In this document: piece after piece, positions 57,924 through 64,000 of the stretch
Numbering within the stretch: position 1 is the first letter of the stretch
How the letters are laid out: each line of letters begins with the position of its first letter
Assembly: GCA_048128005.1 (NCBI GenBank)
Contig: JBEUKZ010000022.1
Span: forward strand, 1-64,000
Direction of reading: 5' to 3'
From: Veleropilina oligotropha
Lineage: Eukaryota
Length of the DNA stretch: 64,000 nt
Program-made: the position numbers and the translations under genes
The notes under the pieces: model-generated
What the model saw: only the letters and a program-made list of their open reading frames with translations
Database searches by the model: none
What the model was told of the DNA's origin: nothing

Positions 57924-59970
57924 CTGCAAAATATTAAATCAAACGATTTTCTGGCGTTGGACGTAAAGTAAATACTACAAAGACATGTATATTTAGAGGC
58001 TTGCAAATGTTGGTGGTTACAAATAATTTGTTAAACTTTTAAAGGTGCTTTTTGTCTCTCATATGCATGCATATCAGTGTTATTGAATACAGATCGTTAC
58101 TGGGCAATTCGTGATCACCGATATGACCATAATCATAACTATCACCATAGAGGACGAACATAGTATAAAGAGCTGACTACTATAGGTTAACAGCTGATAC
58201 AAATGATCGGAGCATCAGTTAGTGTATATGCAATTGTTAATCAACATATCAACATGATATTCGAATAGTATATTGAAATAGTCTTCGCCCGAATGTTTTG
58301 TCATTCCTCACGAAGTAAACTCGAGTTAATTATTGAACGTTATGCATCACAAGATAATATCTATCCGCATCCTGGGTCAAAGTTGCCTTGTATCTATGAC
58401 GTTGCGATCGGGGTTGCTACTGCATTCTGCTACAGATGGTCAAGTATTGCTGTGGTACAATGATGTCAATAATTGTCTTCCATAAACACCAGGCGGCTCA
58501 CAAGTGTATGGTTGTAAAATGAGAAAAAACAACCACGCCCAAGATGTTGTCTTGGTATCTGCGACCGTTTAGTGTTCAGCCTGCAGCCATACGAGATGCA
58601 TTCACATATCATATCGGCTTCTCTCCAAAAACGAACGGTTTCCAGAAGTTATCCGCGCCACTGAACTCTATAAAGTTATTTGGCCTACATCAATGTTTGC
58701 ATGCAGAAACCGATAGTCAGCAGACCAGTGTTCTCCAGGTACGTTTCAGGCCCCAGGCTCATGTGAGTTCTGCCGTTGCACCACTGATACGATCTTGATT
58801 GTGCTGCACATTCAGTAGAGGAAGTTTGATTGGTCTTCGAACCATCAGCTCAACTGTGTTCTGCATCGTTCAACCTGTAGACATGGACAACACCCTATCA
58901 TGCCCTCTCAATGGTGGCATAGAACATTGAGCTGTTCCTCATTGGAAATCGATTAGCAAGGCGTACCCAATCCTATATGCTCGACCATTAATGTAACTTA
59001 CTGGATTTTTCGTTTAATATAGACATTCTTGCTTGTATATTCTGGTAATAATTTAAAGCCATTATTGCCGAGATGATAAGACATTGATTAACATTAACGC
59101 ATGCAATTTTTATTTTCTTCTGACGTAACAGGTATGGATTAGAAACGGGTCAATTTTTGATGGACTTAACATTCACAGTGGCACATGACTGACATGGGCG
59201 ATGGGTTTTCCATGTTATTCGTGCATTCCCATTGAAAATGTGGACATATCACAATTAAATTAATGCTGTTAAAATGAAACAATAGACACACACTAGCTTC
59301 ATTTCCATTGAGTCTCAATATCAATTGAGTATACACAATTACATGTAAACTTGACTCTCTTATGCCAGATAGTGTCAGTGTTAGCGGTGTCGTCGTTGAT
59401 TATATATCACTGGAAAATTTCGGATACCGGTAGGCTATCTTTACATTTATTGTGGGCATACATAATTATATCCCTGCTCCTCCGACATTTCCAAGAATTT
59501 CAACCAAGTATGTGAAGTGGCTCTATTGAGAAGTTTATAAATTAAAATATCAAAAAGTTGCGGTCACAGATCACATCGCTGAGATTTACGATAAGCTAGT
59601 GAGAATAAGATTGTTATATAGATGAATATATATGCGTGTCTACGCCAAACGATAATGAAAATTATGGTAGTGTAGTATTGAAGTAACTACTTCCTGGTCA
59701 ATCACATATACGACTACCTAAACGGAATTCTCCATCGAAACAAACGTAGCCTGATGCAATACCCCTTATGATCGTCATGGACCATTGTATTAAATGTCTG
59801 CGGATGTTTTAACTGCACTCAATTTCGTGTTTCATTTGTATATGAGCTAAAATGACAATACCCACTCAGAGTAACAATACGTGCATATCTAGACACAATA
59901 TAGCCATGGTTTGAATATAAAAAATAATAACTAGTTATACTATTCGTATAGTGTGATATATTATACTAAC

Positions 59971-60201
59971 CTCTGCCACGGTTATATATCGTTAGTCTCG
60001 ATATAGTATACGAATTTCCCAGATCCACTCGCCACCATGCTTTATCTGTTTGTCCAAAATCCGTGCGTGTACAATAATAAACGCCGTTCACGTAGCCTGC
60101 GTTATTGCCGTCAACTGCGTAAGAAGCAGCAATTCCATGCTGATCAAGGGACGGCGGAGAGGTTGTACTCTGCACCGCGGTTTTCAAATATGCCACGTTT
60201 T
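59971..60201 (-). CDS. Host exon: N-terminal half of an F-type lectin domain
   Basis: AG 60202-60203 and GT 59969-59970, phase 1-1. NVAYLKTAVQST...AVDGN...CTRT...WWRVDLG....I....IYNR; splices in frame to 57923. Confidence 0.88.
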
Positions 60202-60539
60202 CTGTAGTATGAGGGTTAAAAAACACATTATACATCAATCTGACTCACATAAACGAAAAAACAATAATGCTGTAACACATAAATGGGTGAGTTATGCATT
60301 CGGCGAAGTAATACTACTCACACATTTTAAGTATATAATTATGTTCCGCGCGATTATTCGATCTGCGCTATATCGCGATCCTATAATCGCGCAGCATTCT
60401 CGAGGTCGCGCAAGTCCTTGTTTATTTAATTTAAAGTTAATATCCCATCTTATCGGTCTATAACGACCATCTAATAAATACTTTATATTTAAGGAAAATA
60501 TCTTGTTATATGATGTAGAGGGGATCTCACATGAGTGGT

Positions 60540-60650
60540 CATTTAATATCACATTTATGAAACGAGTTAACTAATTTTCTTATTTTCCGTGGTTTCACCG
60601 AGGAAAATATGAAAATTAGTTAACGAGTTTCATAAATGTGATATTAAATG
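60540..60650. repeat. ~110-bp near-perfect palindrome
   Basis: CATTTAATATCACATTTATGAAAC...GTTTCATAAATGTGATATTAAATG. Confidence 0.85.
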
Positions 60651-63600
60651 CCCAATGTTAGATTCTTTTATCATATATCCTAAATTTATAAAGAAACAAG
60701 CTGTAGACCTACATGCCACGTTGATTTTAAGTTTGTTGACACGTTCTAACATAATTATGCAGCGTAGGAATATTGCAGAATGTGAATTGTAAATTGAACA
60801 TTGACGTCATGAAAATGCTGCAATGGATGTGAAAAATAACCCCAGTTTTACCTAATCTATAAACTATAAAGAGCAAAAATTGCTGTTATAAAAAGAACTA
60901 ATTTCGCTTTATCAATATCATACTTATCCAACAAGGTATATTATAATAACATTAAATGCGCAAGGCTTCGGTGTCTATTTCATTATTTCATCGGGAAGTT
61001 GAGCAAGTTGTCGTCTGCTATCGAATCAACTTTGCCAATTTATATTTAAAGCATCACAATCATGACTAATTTGTCGGCTTTGTATATATTAACAATTATA
61101 AACATGCAACATTAATATATTAATTTAAATCTAAAATTGATTCGAAGTGTCAGAAAATGGCGGCCATTCTCACGAATGAAATGAACACCGATTTCGCTCA
61201 AGTGCAAACTAGCCTGCACTGACATTGAACTCAGTAAGCTATAACTATCGATAGTTAAACTATCTAGAGCTATAGATGCTATGGCTTACCTGAAGCTATG
61301 CACCTAATATTTCAACTAATTATTGGTCATCAGTTGAAGTTGCATGTATTTCCCTTGATTGCTGCTATCGACGTTAAGATGATTGGAAGTGGCCATATAT
61401 GTGTTTCGTAATAAAAGGACGGTACATACCACCAATGATCTTTTGTGACCTGCTCTGCCATTGGTTGTTTCTAATCCATTGATTAAATTATCCAATCAAA
61501 ATTACACAGAATGTCATAAGTTACATGTTAATTATCGTTTTTATTAGACACTTTGTTGCTATGTAAAATTACCCGGATATATGATAAAAAATAATACGAG
61601 TTGTTGACCAATAATATGTTGTAGGTAGCACCTAGATACGAACGCAGAATAGGGGATTATACACAAATATAAATTATGCAATCCGTACCCAGCGATGTCT
61701 TCTTTTTTGTCTAGGATTCTGGGGGCGAATTGTCATATTTACTAGGGGACGAATTTGTTTGGGGTCGAATTGTCATGATACCGTGTAATTAGCTGACACA
61801 CATTCCGCGACGTCACTCATTGTTGCTTAGCTACGCATTTTCTCTGACGTCGCAATTATCAAAACATCACTCCATTCTTGCAGAAAAAGATATATGCACA
61901 GACGATAGCAATGGGTTTATATCAATTTGTCGCGTTATTAATGTTATTGTACTTGGATAATTTGAAGTTTAAATTGGATAATTTGAAGTTTAAAATCGGC
62001 CGTTGTCGTAAAAATACCGAATTTCATTGGAAACAGGGCTGACTGGAGTTTGCGCAGTGGTCAATTCGTGACCATCCGGTTCATGTTGCAAGGTATGTGC
62101 AGGAATCTAAATATTGTGGTCATGTTACATTGTCCCTAATCTATAGGACTCACTTCGTTCGCGCTTCGCGCGAACTGCGTTCGTTATTAGGCGCTCTAGA
62201 GATATAATTTATGAGGAAATCATCAAGCCGCAAAGGGCTTTAGACTAAATGTTAATAATGACGAAATATAAAACTGTTTCTGTGACAATAACAAATTACA
62301 TAAAAGAGATTGAAGCAAGATTAATAAACAAATTGTTTGACAACATGCAAACTGTGTTGAAAAAAGTACTAGTATTAACAATCTTAAGCGTATACTAGTA
62401 TTTTAGACATAGAAACATAATTATATAACGTGCATAACTATCGGGTATAAATATAATACTAGTAATTGCAATGGGAAACTTTTGAATGCATTAAATGTCC
62501 GAATAAATATAATATTATTAGTGAATATCAATTGTTTTCAACCTAAGAAATCAACAGTCGACTGTTCGCTCTCCTGGTGTGTATGAGATGTGGTTAAATC
62601 AGGATCAACATATTCTAACATTTAATGATTTACAATAAATAATTGGTGGTCAATATTTTCGACATTGTACAAATTTAATTTCTTAATCATCAAAATTAGA
62701 AGGACTAGTATAGAAAAATAAAGAGTAGTTGAATATATAATTTTAATCAGATTATTTACATGTTGAAACAGATATACAAAGTAAACAAAGTGGCGATTAG
62801 GCAACAGGGCAAAGCCTATATTAGCCTTTCGCCATAATTACACAGAATAGTTGAGAACATCAATAGAGACATATGAAAAGAAATTGTTTTATAATTACCA
62901 CCTTATTCTAAAAGTACAGGAGATGTAGACACTAGAATTGGGCACCATGGGTGCGGCCAGGTCACTATGTTGATCTGTCTAACAGAATCGCCTTGTTGAT
63001 TTTATATATTGTTGCACTTATATGAATATTTTGTTGTTGCAATCAGTTGTATAATGAGTATACATTATAATTTGTTCATAAAATAATCAGATACTATAAT
63101 ATAGATATACATCAGAGAGTCTGTAACATTTGCACTATTTCCGTTATAAAAAACGAATACCATTTTCAACTTGTTTGTCTGATATATGACCATACAAACC
63201 TGTCCAAACATACATAAAGTTAATTTAATAATGACAACTAATTTGTATGAAGTTGAGAGATATTTAGTTTAATTATGGTATGAAATGTACACTGTTCCTT
63301 ACACAGTAATAACTATTGATTTAAGACATGGTCGTGTGTTCGTTGTTATAATTCCCTTTTCACAATATGTAAAATATGCAGTCATGATCTGATGTGAACA
63401 GGTTTGTTTAACGATAATGATAATAAATAATTGATTTATTGACTAATTACTTAGTGAACAGATTTCATGATGAACAGATTTTCATGATCTTTTGATATAT
63501 CCGACCGGATATACTGTTATCGATGACTAGATTTAAAGATTATATTTAGACCCGTTGAATCCAACTGAAATGTATTGGTGTAATTAGACTTTTGTTGGTT

Positions 63601-63746
63601 ATAATTTATGCGATCACAACACAAAGTATGCCTTTGTTTATTGAACAGAGTTAATGGCTTAATTAGATCATGTGATCTTTGTGACTACATCTCATTTAGT
63701 AATGATATTGTATAAAAAGCGTAATATTGTAGTTATGCATCACTGC

Positions 63747-63840
63747 TCAGAAGATTCAAAACGATCAAGATGGATCTCAGAAGACCACACTCAAGACGAT
63801 CAAGATGGATCTCAGAAGACTCAAAACGATCAAGATGGAT
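63747..63840. repeat. Three ~30-bp tandem repeats
   Basis: CTCAGAAGA..TCAA.ACGATCAAGATGGAT x3. Confidence 0.8.
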
Positions 63841-64000
63841 TTCCAAGCCTTGAGAAAACATATGCAAGGTATATTAGAGAAACTGTAGAATGCTAAGACA
63901 TCCCTTGTAAAAAGTATAACGATATTAAACACCACCTAAATAACCCGCCAGAAAAGGTGGACGCCCACTTCAACTGAGGACACCCCCACACGTGAATGAG

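Noticed and set aside
63672..63896. 74-aa ORF
   Set aside because: Mostly a short tandem repeat; no homology cues.

Overview
Eukaryotic, probably marine-invertebrate, genomic DNA made almost entirely of nested mobile elements. (1) 1-25575: two closely related, GC-rich copies of a ~14.3-kb integrated Polinton-like DNA virus. It has 115-bp TIRs ending ...CTGCTGCT, a divergent protein-primed PolB fused to an SF1 helicase, an HNH nuclease, an rve integrase, a packaging ATPase, major and minor jelly-roll capsid proteins, several membrane proteins, a secreted Cys-rich protein and no recognisable protease. Copy A (1-14304) appears inserted into the helicase Walker A codons of copy B (14305-25575). 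Their lesions are mostly different, so a consensus genome can be rebuilt. It includes a membrane protein whose N-terminus, hidden from the ORF track by a stop codon, carries tandem PSAP and LYPxL late-domain motifs. (2) 25.6-57 kb: an AT-rich nest with a LINE fragment and Academ-like DNA transposon remnants. It also holds a Penelope element split by a decayed LTR element, which is itself split by a young intact Gmr1-type (PR-INT-RT-RH) retrotransposon. A decayed canonical Polinton/Maverick and an L2-like LINE follow. (3) 57.7-60.2 kb: two phase-1 exons of a host F-type-lectin-domain gene on the minus strand; its next intron may contain the whole nest. Family assignments come from motif recognition by eye, not database searches.
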